Positions 42,074 through 42,338 of a DNA stretch of 42,338 nucleotides are shown one piece after another; the first letter of the stretch is position 1; each line of letters starts with the position of its first letter. This DNA comes from a virus. The stretch lies in the IMG/VR virus record IMGVR_UViG_3300009360_000004, one strand, 5' to 3'. The translations under genes were made by a program, and so were the position numbers. The notes below the pieces were generated by a model. It saw only the letters and a list, made by a program, of their open reading frames with translations, was not told the origin of the DNA and did not search any database.

Positions 42074-42338
42074 ATGGCACTCCTGACATTGACGCAATAC
42101 AAAGCACTCAGGGGAATCACAAGCTCGACTCAAGATACTCAACTCACGGCGATAATCTCGGCGGTCGAAGCAGAGATCAAGGGTGTCTGTGGGTACGACG
42201 ATGACGAAGATCTCCCCTCGGCTCTCCAACTCACGGCCTGCGACATGGTGGATCACCAGATGCTGGAGATATCCGGTATCAAGTCTCAGAGTCTCGAAGG
42301 CGCTTCGGTCACATACGAAAGTAGCTATTCTCAGAAGA
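42074..42338 (+). CDS. Head-tail connector/adaptor protein (gp6-like), 5-prime part; continues at 1-180
   Basis: ATG 42074 after ggaggtg RBS; reading frame continuous through the terminal repeat to the stop at 178-180 (about 102 aa in total). Confidence 0.55.
   Translation, partial: MALLTLTQYKALRGITSSTQDTQLTAIISAVEAEIKGVCGYDDDEDLPSALQLTACDMVDHQMLEISGIKSQSLEGASVTYESSYSQK

Overview
The window is a complete, circularly permuted ~42.2 kb tailed-phage genome (siphovirus-like); bases 1-136 repeat 42203-42338, so the unit length is 42,202 bp. Almost all genes are on the + strand with strong GGAGG-type ribosome-binding sites and frequent GTG/TTG starts. Gene order: head-tail connector to tail genes (1-15586), a lysis region with unusual inserts (15598-19035), an AT-rich island of small genes plus the only minus-strand gene and a ~590 bp regulatory gap (19061-22800), a replication module (22836-29987), a miscellaneous block with a radical SAM enzyme, MazG, regulators, a RyR-domain protein and a tRNA (30267-34998), then ParB-methyltransferase, terminase, portal, scaffold and capsid genes (34989-42036). 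The most notable finding is a diversity-generating-retroelement (DGR)-like variable repeat / template repeat pair at the 3' end of a tail-module gene: 72 aligned bases with 14 mismatches, every one at a template adenine. I could find no reverse transcriptase or Avd gene anywhere in the genome, so this is an orphan or trans-dependent DGR cassette, or a non-canonical mechanism. Other items worth a look are a glycosyltransferase inside the tail module, a -1 frameshift chaperone pair, a repeat-rich tape measure protein, an HTH-metallophosphoesterase and two HExxH proteins in the lysis region, a probable leaderless minus-strand tandem zinc-ribbon regulator, and iteron-like repeats between the primase and helicase genes. 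All functional calls are from motif recognition by eye; no database searches were run.
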